Of a stretch of 20,000 nucleotides of DNA, positions 1 to 9,541 are shown piece by piece. The position numbers and the translations under genes are program-made. The DNA lies in the sequence record SRR20825019_3098; one strand, written 5' to 3'. Numbering within the stretch: position 1 is the stretch's first letter; the number at the start of each line of letters is the position of its first letter. The notes below the pieces were generated by a model that was not told the origin of the DNA, did not search any database, and saw only the letters and a program-made list of their open reading frames with translations.

Positions 1-1241
1 TTCTCTATCGTTTCATCAGAAATTTTTTCTCCATTATACGATTCTGCAAATGGATAGCGCTTGGTGGACTCGTTGTTTTTAGAAAACGCAGGTTGTAAGT
101 CTTCTTTCAAATGCTTTCTAACGGCGATTTCAGCATACTCCTGTAATGTAACGTTAAGCGTTGTGTAGATTTTCAGACCGTCCTTATATATATTATACGC
201 CGTTCCGTCTTTCTTTTTGTATTTCAACGTTCCATCTTCTTTCTTTTCGCTCAAAAGTGTTTTTAAATCTTTACGAAGTGATTCTCTGAAATGTGGTGCA
301 ATTCCTTCCTTGTGATCTACCGTTTGATAATTCGTAGGAATTGGCAATTTGCTCAGGGAATCGTATTCAGCTTGCGTGATATAGGTAGAAAGTGCTTTGT
401 TTTTGGCATTGGAATTTTTCAACCATTGTCCAAGAACAGTGTTTCTTCTCAGAACAGCACGCGAACTATCTGCAACTCTATCCGCACCAGGAAGGCGGGT
501 TTGATATTTATATGGGTTATATAAACTTGGATTTTTACACATTCCAACGAGCATTGCTGCTTCGTTTTTATCTAATTCGGACGGTTTTTTGTTGAAATAG
601 ACTTTTGCCGCATTTTCAATTCCCACGGCGTTATAGAGAAAATCAAATTGATTGAGGTACATAGTGATGATTTCCTCTTTCGTATAGCGTTTTTCTAGTC
701 GAACGGCAATAATGTTTTCACGTACTTTTTCATTGATTCTGCGTTCCCATTTACCTTCTTTTTTGGTGTCTTCTTTTCCTTCTGCCAACAATTGATCAAC
801 TCGCTCGCGTTCTTGAAGTGTAAAAAGCAACTTTGCTAACTGTTGAGAAATGGTAGACGCCCCACCGTCGCTTCCCATTCCTTTTAAGGCACGGGCAATA
901 CCGATGTAGTCAATTCCTGAGTGCTCTATAAAACGCTCATCCTCCGTAGCGATTAGTGCATCGAGAACATAAGGAGAAATGTCGCGGTATTTGACAGGTG
1001 TTCGGTTAACGCTCCAATAGCGACCTAATTCCGTTTTTCCGTCATCCGCTAGAACAACAGAAGCGAGTAATTCTGGAGGGTTTTCAAGTACTTCTACCGA
1101 AGGCATTAGTTCTTCGTCTTGACTCATAACGAGGTAGAAGAGAATTAGCACAGGGAGAAATGATCCCACCCAAAGTGCGATATTCAGGTACTTCTTTGTG
1201 CGGTCTGTAAACTGCAATTTTTGGTTCTTTTCTTTGCTCAT
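1..1241 (-). CDS. Class A penicillin-binding protein (PBP1a-type, GT51 transglycosylase); N-terminal part only, continues past position 1
   Basis: Not in the ORF track because its stop lies outside the window. Translated by hand from ATG 1241: MSKEKNQKLQF, a TM anchor (IALWVGSFLPVLILFYLVM), then GT51 motifs ATEDERFIEHSGID, GGASTISQQLAK, RLEKRYTKEEIITMYLN and GIENAAKVYF. Confidence 0.93.
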   Translation of the reverse strand, partial: MSKEKNQKLQFTDRTKKYLNIALWVGSFLPVLILFYLVMSQDEELMPSVEVLENPPELLASVVLADDGKTELGRYWSVNRTPVKYRDISPYVLDALIATEDERFIEHSGIDYIGIARALKGMGSDGGASTISQQLAKLLFTLQERERVDQLLAEGKEDTKKEGKWERRINEKVRENIIAVRLEKRYTKEEIITMYLNQFDFLYNAVGIENAAKVYFNKKPSELDKNEAAMLVGMCKNPSLYNPYKYQTRLPGADRVADSSRAVLRRNTVLGQWLKNSNAKNKALSTYITQAEYDSLSKLPIPTNYQTVDHKEGIAPHFRESLRKDLKTLLSEKKEDGTLKYKKKDGTAYNIYKDGLKIYTTLNVTLQEYAEIAVRKHLKEDLQPAFSKNNESTKRYPFAESYNGEKISDETIE

Positions 1242-1258
1242 GGCTGACTTTGATAAGG

Positions 1259-1266
1259 TAAAAATA
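1259..1266 (-). promoter_or_regulatory. Possible variant -7 box for the class A PBP
   Basis: TATTTTTA (one mismatch), 17 nt upstream of ATG 1241 in an AT-rich gap. Confidence 0.35.
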
Positions 1267-1331
1267 AAGAATATCTCGTTGCTTCGGAGTGTATTAACAT
1301 CAATTAAGAAGGATTCTTCAGGAAAAGGGTG

Positions 1332-2729
1332 TTAATTAAGCACATCCTTTCGCTGACTATCCAACTTCAAAAGAATAAACATCATAATGGAGAATGACAT
1401 CATAGAAGAACCTCCTGAGCTAAAAAATGGTAGTGGAATTCCAATAACAGGGGCAAATCCGATGTTCATTCCTAAATTGACTGCAAAATGATAGAACAAA
1501 ACGGTAGCGACTGAATAGGCATAAATTCGATTAAAGGCGGAGCGCTGTCGCTCTGCAATGGCGACAATTCTCAAGAGCATGAAGGTATAAAGAGTCACTA
1601 AAAGGATGCTTCCTGCAAATCCCCATTCTTCCGCAAAGGGACAGAAAATAAAGTCGGTATCACTTTCTGGAACGTGATTGCTTCGCATTGTGGAAACGGA
1701 AGCTTGTCGGTATCCTTTTCCGAAAAACCCACCAGACCCAACGGCTGCCATTGCACGGTTTCTGTTGTAATCATCTCCATCTTGATCTTCACGCAAACCT
1801 AAAACTAGCTCAATTCGTTCTTTTTGGTGTTCGGGTAAACTTTCGAATCCAATATGAACGGAAGCTGTAAGTCCAGCCGAAAGTGCGAATGCAATAATCG
1901 CAACGGCCGCTGCTCGTTTACGATCTCTTCTGGCAAAGATCCAACGCATGAGGAAGTAACCGATGAGACATATAAGAAGAAGAGCAAAAAACACTTTCCA
2001 ATACCCAGAGAAGTCTTTACCTGCAAAGAAGCTTGTTTGAAAGGTTTCTCCTCCGAAAATCAGCGTGGTTACACACAGGAAAACAATCACAAAAAAAATG
2101 GGAATAAAGTGCGTTCCTACCCACGTTTCTTTAAACTTCACTCCGGGAATTAAGTTGACGACCTTCAGTATAATTGGATCGAATGTTACACCTTCGCGGT
2201 ACATCACGAAAAGAAATGCGGTAAAGACGATGAATGTTCCAGCATCTGGCTGCAATAGAATGAGCACCATTGGAAGAATCAGAATTCCCAGTGAAATTAA
2301 AACCGTTTGGACATTTTGCTGTTTGACATTCAAGGATCCCAAAAAGCGTGAGAGTAGAATTGCAGTACCGATTTTCGCAAACTCTCCCGGCTGAATTCCC
2401 ATGGATCCAACGCCAAGCCAAGCACGAGCTCCATTGATTGGCTTTGTGAATAGTACAATGACGAGCAGAAAGATAGTCGCGCCGTAGATCGGCAGGGCGA
2501 ATTTTCGGTAGATATCAGAGTCTATCAGGAATACAAGCAGTCCCAAAAACAATGAAATACATAACCAAACGACCTGTTTTCCATAGCGCTGAGAGAAGTC
2601 GAACAAATTTGGATGCTCAGGGTCGTAGGCAACGGAATATACTGTAGTAAGTCCCATCGCTAACAAAAGAATGTAAACGATGAATAAGGGCCAATCGAAG
2701 CTCCCTGTTATGGATTGATTTGCTCTCAT
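1332..2729 (-). CDS. rodA: Rod shape-determining SEDS peptidoglycan glycosyltransferase RodA
   Basis: Polytopic membrane protein with GARAW, IQPGEFAK, LQPDAG, GSGG..GKG, PESDTDFIF and PLPFFSSGGSS. Lies directly after PBP2 with an ATGA overlap. Confidence 0.95.
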   Translation of the reverse strand: MRANQSITGSFDWPLFIVYILLLAMGLTTVYSVAYDPEHPNLFDFSQRYGKQVVWLCISLFLGLLVFLIDSDIYRKFALPIYGATIFLLVIVLFTKPINGARAWLGVGSMGIQPGEFAKIGTAILLSRFLGSLNVKQQNVQTVLISLGILILPMVLILLQPDAGTFIVFTAFLFVMYREGVTFDPIILKVVNLIPGVKFKETWVGTHFIPIFFVIVFLCVTTLIFGGETFQTSFFAGKDFSGYWKVFFALLLICLIGYFLMRWIFARRDRKRAAAVAIIAFALSAGLTASVHIGFESLPEHQKERIELVLGLREDQDGDDYNRNRAMAAVGSGGFFGKGYRQASVSTMRSNHVPESDTDFIFCPFAEEWGFAGSILLVTLYTFMLLRIVAIAERQRSAFNRIYAYSVATVLFYHFAVNLGMNIGFAPVIGIPLPFFSSGGSSMMSFSIMMFILLKLDSQRKDVLN

Positions 2730-4606
2730 TCAACTAACCAATCAGAAAGTTTGGCGTCTAGGATTCGTTGTTCCTTCGCTTTATCTTTTATTTCGCCGTT
2801 CAAGTATTTCTCAACCATTAGGCTCGCGGTTGGTGCGGCCCATGTTCCACCGCCTCCACCTGTATTCTCAATAAAGCAGGCGATCGCAATTTTAGGTTGA
2901 TTCATAGGCGCAAACGCAATAAATACAGAGTGATTTTTTTGCTTCACACCGCGAATGTAATTTTCTACTGTTCCTGTTTTACCGCACATCGTAATACCGT
3001 CAATTCGTGCGAGTCGTGCCGTTCCTCCAGCTTCGTGCACTACTTTTCTCATTCCTTCCAATACAGGAGAAAAATATTTCGGATCAACCATGGTTTTTCT
3101 CTTCACACGATACTGTGGAAGTGGCCCGCTGTCTCCAATTGATTTAACGAAGTGCGGAGTATAGAACCATCCTCGGTTGGCCATAATTGCGGCAATATTA
3201 GCCAATTGCAGAGGCGTAATTTGCACCTCTCCTTGTCCAATTGAAATGGAACGAATGGTAGAGAATTTCCATTGGTGGTGACCATACCATTTGTCGTAGT
3301 ACTTTGGATCTGGGATAACTCCAGCGCGGAGTCCCGTAATGTCCGTTCCTAACTTTTCACCCAACCCGAAGCTGTGCATGTATTCCGCCCATTTTGCTAA
3401 TCCAATTTCCGCATCTGCGAAGTCGCTTTTCTTTTTCCCTTGTTGAATAATTCTTCTAGTTACTGCGTAGAAATAAGGATTACACGAAAACTGAACGGCT
3501 TGAGAAACATTTTGCGCATTTGGATGGTTATGGCAACCTACAACGCTTTTGTTACAAGGAAATCCACTGTCTTCGGTGATTACACCTTCTTGCATTCCAA
3601 TTAATGATTGGAGCAACTTAAAAGTTGATCCAGGCATGTATTCAGATGCCAATGGACGTGGGAAAAGAGGTTTGTTCGGATCTTTTAAAAGAGCAGGGTA
3701 GTTTTCGTCAATCTTCTTCTTTCCAACGAGTAAGTTTGGATCAAAACTCGGTGAGGAGACAAGTGCTAGAATTTCTCCAGTTGCGGGTTCAATCGCCACA
3801 ATACATCCTTTTTTATTCGCGAGCAGCTTTTCACCATACGCTTGGAGTTCAACATCTAATCCCAAATGAATAGGGTCGGCTTGAACGGCTGTGGTATCGT
3901 ATTTTCCGTTTTCGAAGGACCCGATGGCATTTTGTCTTGCTGAAGTTACGATGTAGCGAACTCCTTTTCTACCTCTAAATTCTTTTTCATAGAAACGCTC
4001 AATCCCTGTTCGTCCAATGTGATGTCCGTTTCGATAGAATGGATCGGCGTCTTTTTCTTCTTTGGTAACCTCATTCAAATAGCCCAAAATGTTAGAACCA
4101 TTTTGATAAGGATAGTTCCGCATACTTGCTACTTCCTCATAAAACCCGTCGAAATCGGTTAGTCTTGGAGCAATTTTCGCCATTTCATCCTGACTTAATT
4201 CTTTTAGAAATGGGTAGGCGCGTTCCTTTTGATAGTTTTGATCTTTTTTACCCGTATGTGGATTGTCATAGTACCCCTCACCTTCAACGATGGCGTGATA
4301 GCGGTCTTTGAATTGTTGGGGTGTAATTCCAATTAATTGACAGAATGCAGAAGTATCTAATCCCTTGAAGTCAACTTCTCGCATCATGAGATTGTAATAC
4401 GTTTTATTCTCAACAATCTTTTTACCATTACGGTCGAATACAACAGCTCTTGGAGGAGTTATTTCTCTTCTTTTCTCAGCAATTTGTTGTGCTCTTACCT
4501 TCCATGAGTCATCTACCACTTGCATGTAGAATAACTTAAAAGCATAGAGAATTCCCGTTAGCGCAAAGATGGATATAATGACATATTTCCGTGAATCAAA
4601 CTTCAT
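2726..4606 (-). CDS. mrdA: Penicillin-binding protein 2 (class B transpeptidase)
   Basis: N-terminal TM, PBP dimerisation region (PPRAVVFDRNG), and catalytic motifs SxxK (GSTFK), SxN (SCN) and KTG (GKTGT). Sits between mreD and rodA. Confidence 0.95.
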   Translation of the reverse strand: MKFDSRKYVIISIFALTGILYAFKLFYMQVVDDSWKVRAQQIAEKRREITPPRAVVFDRNGKKIVENKTYYNLMMREVDFKGLDTSAFCQLIGITPQQFKDRYHAIVEGEGYYDNPHTGKKDQNYQKERAYPFLKELSQDEMAKIAPRLTDFDGFYEEVASMRNYPYQNGSNILGYLNEVTKEEKDADPFYRNGHHIGRTGIERFYEKEFRGRKGVRYIVTSARQNAIGSFENGKYDTTAVQADPIHLGLDVELQAYGEKLLANKKGCIVAIEPATGEILALVSSPSFDPNLLVGKKKIDENYPALLKDPNKPLFPRPLASEYMPGSTFKLLQSLIGMQEGVITEDSGFPCNKSVVGCHNHPNAQNVSQAVQFSCNPYFYAVTRRIIQQGKKKSDFADAEIGLAKWAEYMHSFGLGEKLGTDITGLRAGVIPDPKYYDKWYGHHQWKFSTIRSISIGQGEVQITPLQLANIAAIMANRGWFYTPHFVKSIGDSGPLPQYRVKRKTMVDPKYFSPVLEGMRKVVHEAGGTARLARIDGITMCGKTGTVENYIRGVKQKNHSVFIAFAPMNQPKIAIACFIENTGGGGGTWAAPTASLMVEKYLNGEIKDKAKEQRILDAKLSDWLVE

Positions 4607-5118
4607 GTTTCTCGGCGTTTACGAATGAAGAGATATTGAAGTAAAACACAGACAACGAAAGACATTGGAACACTCAACGCTGTCTTTTTGAGAACAAAGA
4701 GCATCTCATTTAATTTGAACATTTCGAGCATGAAAAACCAGAAATGATGGATCAAAAGAAGTAAACCGAATGATTTAAGAAACCACGACAGTCCCATTTG
4801 ATGAACATTGGCTTCTTCCATTTGCTCATATCCGTCTCGTGGAGCAAACACTTTAAAAATCATTGGTCGGAAATAAGACACAACCAGCAACGAGGAAGCA
4901 TGAAGTCCATAAGTGTCTGAGAAAGAGTCGATGCTTAGACCAAGTGCAAATGCAATCATTAACGAGAGGAGAATATTGATGTCTACGGGTAAAAGCGCGA
5001 TAAAAAGCGGGTAGATCATCAATTGTGTTCCCCATCCAATTTCCACCTGGTTCAGAATAAGTACCTGAACTAGCACAAAAAATATGAAACGAACTCCGTG
5101 TTTAATAATAGTATTCAT
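4603..5118 (-). CDS. mreD: Rod shape-determining protein MreD
   Basis: 171-aa hydrophobic protein with GLSIDSFSDTYGLHA, between mreC and mrdA with ATGA overlaps on both sides. Confidence 0.88.
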   Translation of the reverse strand: MNTIIKHGVRFIFFVLVQVLILNQVEIGWGTQLMIYPLFIALLPVDINILLSLMIAFALGLSIDSFSDTYGLHASSLLVVSYFRPMIFKVFAPRDGYEQMEEANVHQMGLSWFLKSFGLLLLIHHFWFFMLEMFKLNEMLFVLKKTALSVPMSFVVCVLLQYLFIRKRRET

Positions 5119-5969
5119 TCTTCGATTCTGTCTTCAGGGATGGATGCTTCGATTTTCTCACGCTCGTCAAGAAGAATATTCTTGATCACGTAAACATATT
5201 GTACAGAGCGAAGATTCTCTGAAAGTTTAACGGTAATGTCCCACAATGGTTGACCTTCTACAACGGTAGATTTTTCTACTTTACCAACGGGTAATCCTTT
5301 CGGGAAAATATTTGCCCCACCGCGAGTAACTACGTTTGACCATTTTTTTATTTCTGTATCATTCGAAACTCCACTCATATTTGCTCGCCTCGCGTTTACA
5401 CCGTCCCATTTTAGGAGGCCAGGCTCGCCTGTTTTCTCAATCATAACGTCTACGTTCAAATCTTTCGTAAGACATGATTTTACAACGGAGAAGTGTTCAC
5501 TAACATTGTGGATGACACCAACAATTCCTTTGTCCGAGATAACGCCCATTCCTCGTTTAACGCCTTCCTTACTCCCGATATTCAAGGTAAAGTAGTTGTC
5601 TCTACGATGAAAAGTAGATTTGATTACCATCGCTGGCATGTAGGTGAAGTATTGTATGTTCTCCGAACTTGGATGATCTACAGTGTCGACATAGTCTCGC
5701 GTACTTACAACCAACTTATTTTGTTGAAGTTGTTCTCTTAGTCGAATGTTTTCCTCCTGTAATTTTCTATTGCTTTCATTCAGCCCGAAATGCTTCGTTA
5801 AATCATTTCTCCAAGAAAGCACCGTTCCAGAGACATTGGAAGCTGTGGTCAAATATTGTGACCGAGGAAAAACGCTGAAAGAGAAGTAGATAGTTAATGC
5901 AAAGCCCTGCAGGAGCGCAAAAAACAAGAGCACTCTAAACCGACGAATAAAAGCAAGGAAATTTCGCAT
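5115..5969 (-). CDS. mreC: Rod shape-determining protein MreC
   Basis: N-terminal TM, coiled coil (LNESNRKLQEENIRLREQL), NYFTLNIGSKEGVKRGMGVI and IFPKGLPVG. Start moved from TTG 5975 to ATG 5969 because the TTG lies inside a TAnnTTTG promoter box. Confidence 0.92.
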   Translation of the reverse strand: MRNFLAFIRRFRVLLFFALLQGFALTIYFSFSVFPRSQYLTTASNVSGTVLSWRNDLTKHFGLNESNRKLQEENIRLREQLQQNKLVVSTRDYVDTVDHPSSENIQYFTYMPAMVIKSTFHRRDNYFTLNIGSKEGVKRGMGVISDKGIVGVIHNVSEHFSVVKSCLTKDLNVDVMIEKTGEPGLLKWDGVNARRANMSGVSNDTEIKKWSNVVTRGGANIFPKGLPVGKVEKSTVVEGQPLWDITVKLSENLRSVQYVYVIKNILLDEREKIEASIPEDRIEE

Positions 5970-5972
5970 GTG

Positions 5973-5980
5973 CAAAAGTA
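5973..5980 (-). promoter_or_regulatory. -7 promoter box, internal promoter for mreC-mreD-mrdA-rodA
   Basis: TACTTTTG-CAC-ATG on the minus strand. Confidence 0.65.
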
Positions 5981-6088
5981 AGAAAAAGCATACGTTTACA
6001 TCACTATCAATGACAGATGAATGAACCGTTCATTGTGAATTATCGTAAATACTTCCGTTTTCAACAAAGAAGCAGCAAAATGTGCTGA

Positions 6089-7114
6089 TTAATCTCGAAT
6101 CAAGAATTGGAAACGATCGATGTTTTTCAAGCAAATTGCTGTCCCACGAGCTACTGCTCTAAGCGGATCTTCAGCGATGTGAACAGGAAGTTTCGTCTTA
6201 TGAGAAATTCGCTTGTCCAATCCACGAAGCATAGAACCACCTCCAGCGAGGTAAATTCCTGTTTTGAAAATGTCAGCCGAAAGTTCTGGTGGAGTCATCT
6301 CCAATGCACTTAAGATTGCTTCTTCAATTTTCGAAATCGTTTTATCAAGTGCGTGCGCAACTTCTGTGTAAGAAATGACAATTTCCTTAGGAATTCCTGT
6401 CATCAAATCACGTCCTTGAACAGCATAATCTTCTGGTGGATTGTCCAATTCAGGAAGCGCGGCACCAACGTTAATTTTTATTTCTTCTGCGGTACGTTCA
6501 CCAACTAGAATGTTGTGTTGACGGCGCATGTACTCTTCAATATCTTTTGTGAAATCATCTCCCGCAACGCGGATCGATTTATCACATACAATTCCTCCAA
6601 GGGCAATTACGGCAATTTCGGAAGTTCCTCCACCGATATCGATAATCATATTTCCCATTGGTTCTTCAACATCGATCCCAATTCCGATCGCTGCTGCCAT
6701 TGGCTCATGAATAAGGTAAACTTCTTTTGCTCCAGCGTGTTCAGCAGAATCACGTACCGCTCTTTTTTCTACTTCCGTAATTCCAGATGGAATACAAATC
6801 ACCATTCTCAACGATGGATTGAAGAGACTTTTTCCAGTACTCATCATTTTGATCATTCCGCGAATCATTTGTTCCGCAGCTTGGAAATCGGCAATTACAC
6901 CATCGCGAAGTGGGCGCACAGTTTCAATCAGCTTGTGAGTTTTACCATGCATTTGTTGAGCTTTTTTACCGATGGCGACGACCTTACCAGTTTGAATGTC
7001 TTTCGCGACAATAGATGGTTCGTCTACTACTACCTTATCATTCATGATAATTAGTGTGTTTGCCGTGCCTAAATCGATCGCAATTTCTTGCGTTAAAAAG
7101 CTAAATAATCCCAT
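6089..7114 (-). CDS. mreB: Actin-like rod shape-determining protein MreB
   Basis: IAIDLGTANT, RPLRDGVIADF, EPMAAAIG, DIGGGTSE, LAGGGSML and AEDPLRAVARG. Confidence 0.98.
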   Translation of the reverse strand: MGLFSFLTQEIAIDLGTANTLIIMNDKVVVDEPSIVAKDIQTGKVVAIGKKAQQMHGKTHKLIETVRPLRDGVIADFQAAEQMIRGMIKMMSTGKSLFNPSLRMVICIPSGITEVEKRAVRDSAEHAGAKEVYLIHEPMAAAIGIGIDVEEPMGNMIIDIGGGTSEIAVIALGGIVCDKSIRVAGDDFTKDIEEYMRRQHNILVGERTAEEIKINVGAALPELDNPPEDYAVQGRDLMTGIPKEIVISYTEVAHALDKTISKIEEAILSALEMTPPELSADIFKTGIYLAGGGSMLRGLDKRISHKTKLPVHIAEDPLRAVARGTAICLKNIDRFQFLIRD

Positions 7115-7166
7115 TTTTTTTCTGACAGCTAGTTGAAGTGTTTTTGAAATATTAAATGATGTCCCT

Positions 7167-7174
7167 CGAAGGTA
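7167..7174 (-). promoter_or_regulatory. Possible variant -7 box for mreB
   Basis: TACCTTCG (one mismatch to TAnnTTTG) in the purH-mreB gap. The same TAnnTTCG variant occurs upstream of the kinase. Confidence 0.4.
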
Positions 7175-7202
7175 TACTTAAAAAAGCAAAAAAGGTTTCT
7201 TT

Positions 7203-8732
7203 TTAATGTTTAAAATGTCTGTTTCCTGAAAATACCATCGAAATACCGTGTTCATTGCAATAATCTATCGATAATTGATCCTTGATTGATCCTCCAGGTT
7301 GAACAACCGAAGTAATTCCTTCGTTACCTGCGATTTCAACGCAATCTGGAAAAGGGAAGAATGCATCGGAGGCCATTACTGCTCCTTTTAAATCGAAATT
7401 AAATGATTTCGCTTTGTGGATTGCTTGACTGAGGGCATCTACACGAGACGTTTGTCCTGTTCCGCTTGCAAGCAATTGTTTATTCTTCGCTAAAACAATT
7501 GTGTTCGACTTTGTATGTTTAACGAGTTTATTGGCAAACAATAAATCGCTTATTTCTTCTTTGCTTGGTGACGTTGTTGTGCTTGGAATTAAATCAGTTT
7601 CAACTTCTGATTTGAAATCTTTGTCTTGCTCAAGAACACCGTTCAAAATAGTTCTGAATTGTCGTTGAGGTAGACTCACTTCTTTTTGGACTAAAATCAC
7701 TCGATTCTTTTTCGATTTTAGCATTTCCAAAGCCTCAGAATCATACGAAGGAGCAATAACCACTTCACAGAAAAGATCATTTACTTTGGTCGCAGTCTCT
7801 AAATCAATGGTTGAGTTACTGATCAAAATTCCACCAAAAGCACTTACGGGATCACCCGCTAAGGCATCACTATACGCTTCTGAAATCGTAGGTCTGGAAG
7901 CTAATCCACACGCATTGTTGTGTTTTAAAATCGCGAATGTTGGTCCGTCGTTTTTAAAGTCCGCCATGAGATTAACCGCCGCATCAACATCTAGTAAGTT
8001 GTTGTACGAAAGCTCTTTCCCATGAAGTTTATCGAAAATAGCGTCTAAATCACCGTGGAAAATTCCTTTTTGATGTGGGTTTTCACCATAACGGAGTACT
8101 TGTGAGTCTTGAATACTTTGTTTGAAAATCTCACGATCTCCTTGATTAAAGTAGTTGAAGATATGTGTATCGTAATGAGAAGAAACGTTGAATGCATCTC
8201 CTGCAAATTGCTTGCGTTGTTCAAGTGTAGTTGTTCCCGCACTTGAAGTAAGGATGTCTAAAAATGGAGCGTATTGGTTTTTAGAAGGAATGATCACCAC
8301 GTCCGTGTAGTTTTTTGCCGCTGCACGAATCAAGGAAATTCCACCGATATCTATTTTTTCAATAATGGCAGCGTGATCAGCTCCTGAAGCAACTGTGTCT
8401 TCAAAAGGATATAAATCTACAATCACTAAATCAATTTCTGGAATTTCAAATTCCGCAATTTGTTGTTGATCTGAATCCAGTTCGCGACGATTTAAAATTC
8501 CGCCAAAAATTTTCGGGTGCAATGTTTTCACACGACCACCAAGAATAGATGGATACGAAGTAAGATCTTCAACACGCTCAACAGGAATGGAAAGCTCTTC
8601 AATAAACGTTTGAGTTCCACCAGTTGAATAGATAGTGACTCCGTTTTTATGAAGTTCGCGAACGATAGGCTCGAGTCCAGCTTTATCAAATACAGAAATG
8701 AGAGCGGATTGAATTTTTTTGACTTTTTCCAT
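7203..8732 (-). CDS. purH: Bifunctional AICAR transformylase / IMP cyclohydrolase
   Basis: ALISVFDK, STGGT, GRVKTLHPKI, IDIGG, LRYGENPHQ, LSYNN, KHNNACG, ASDAFFPF, QPGGS and C-terminal RHFKH. Confidence 0.98.
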   Translation of the reverse strand: MEKVKKIQSALISVFDKAGLEPIVRELHKNGVTIYSTGGTQTFIEELSIPVERVEDLTSYPSILGGRVKTLHPKIFGGILNRRELDSDQQQIAEFEIPEIDLVIVDLYPFEDTVASGADHAAIIEKIDIGGISLIRAAAKNYTDVVIIPSKNQYAPFLDILTSSAGTTTLEQRKQFAGDAFNVSSHYDTHIFNYFNQGDREIFKQSIQDSQVLRYGENPHQKGIFHGDLDAIFDKLHGKELSYNNLLDVDAAVNLMADFKNDGPTFAILKHNNACGLASRPTISEAYSDALAGDPVSAFGGILISNSTIDLETATKVNDLFCEVVIAPSYDSEALEMLKSKKNRVILVQKEVSLPQRQFRTILNGVLEQDKDFKSEVETDLIPSTTTSPSKEEISDLLFANKLVKHTKSNTIVLAKNKQLLASGTGQTSRVDALSQAIHKAKSFNFDLKGAVMASDAFFPFPDCVEIAGNEGITSVVQPGGSIKDQLSIDYCNEHGISMVFSGNRHFKH

Positions 8733-8764
8733 TACTACAGGTGGGTGTTTTTGATTCGAAAGTG

Positions 8765-8772
8765 CAAAGGTA
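8765..8772 (-). promoter_or_regulatory. -7 promoter box for purH
   Basis: TACCTTTG on the minus strand, 32 nt upstream of the purH ATG. Confidence 0.7.
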
Positions 8773-8866
8773 CTTCATTTTTTTTGCGTGCTTAAATTTT
8801 CAAGGAGTTTTTACATTGATTCTTAAAAAATTATCTTGTGCTAGAATTTGATCAAAAAAGGAACTT

Positions 8867-9541
8867 ATGCGTGTTTGCGTTGTAGAAGATGAACAAAGCT
8901 TGGCTGAAATGATTCAACTTAATTTGGAGTTGGAGAATTACGAAGTCGAAGTATTGCGTGATGGTGAGGTAGCACGAAACATATTTGAAAGTTCGGTGAA
9001 CTATGATTTGGTCATTTTGGACGTAATGCTTCCAGGCGTGAACGGTGTTGAGCTTTGCAAAACGATTCGAAGAGTGTCGAATGTTCCGATCTTATTTCTC
9101 TCTGCGAAAGGAACTACCGCCGATCGGATTGAAGGGCTTAAGGCTGGAGGAAATGATTACCTCCCGAAGCCATTTGATTTAGAGGAATTGTTGCTTCGTG
9201 TGGCAATTCTAACGCAGAATATTCAAGAGGAATCGCTTCAGATTGGTGAATGCAACGTAGATTTTAAAACCTACGAGGTTACGAATCAAAAAACGGGAGA
9301 AAGATATTCGCTCTCAAAAAAGGAGGTAGCACTAATTCGACTGTTTCATCAACGAAATGGCGAAGTTGTGTCGAGAACTGAGATTTTGGATAAAATTTGG
9401 GGAAGCGATCAGTTTCCTACAACGAGAACGATCGACAATTTCATTCTCAACTTCCGAAAAATCTTTGAAGAAGACTCTAAGAATCCGAAATATTTCTTGT
9501 CGATTCGTGGAGTTGGATACCGTTTTATTTATCCTAGTTAG
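8867..9541 (+). CDS. OmpR/PhoB-family response regulator (REC + winged helix)
   Basis: Acidic pair (VEDE), phosphoacceptor D52 (LDVMLP), KPF, and a winged-helix C-terminus RTIDNFILNFRK...IRGVGYRF. Confidence 0.93.
   Translation: MRVCVVEDEQSLAEMIQLNLELENYEVEVLRDGEVARNIFESSVNYDLVILDVMLPGVNGVELCKTIRRVSNVPILFLSAKGTTADRIEGLKAGGNDYLPKPFDLEELLLRVAILTQNIQEESLQIGECNVDFKTYEVTNQKTGERYSLSKKEVALIRLFHQRNGEVVSRTEILDKIWGSDQFPTTRTIDNFILNFRKIFEEDSKNPKYFLSIRGVGYRFIYPS

Noticed and set aside
291-595. Two short plus-strand ORFs
   Set aside because: They lie opposite the class A PBP, which explains the region.
1405-1425. SSGGSS instead of SYGGSS in RodA
   Set aside because: Ser at this position falls within known SEDS family variation, so it is not evidence of inactivation.
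1850-2200. Extra TM segments making RodA 465 aa
   Set aside because: Long RodA proteins with extra helices are, to my recollection, usual in Bacteroidota.
6515-7054. 179-aa plus-strand ORF
   Set aside because: Antisense shadow of mreB with no recognisable motif.
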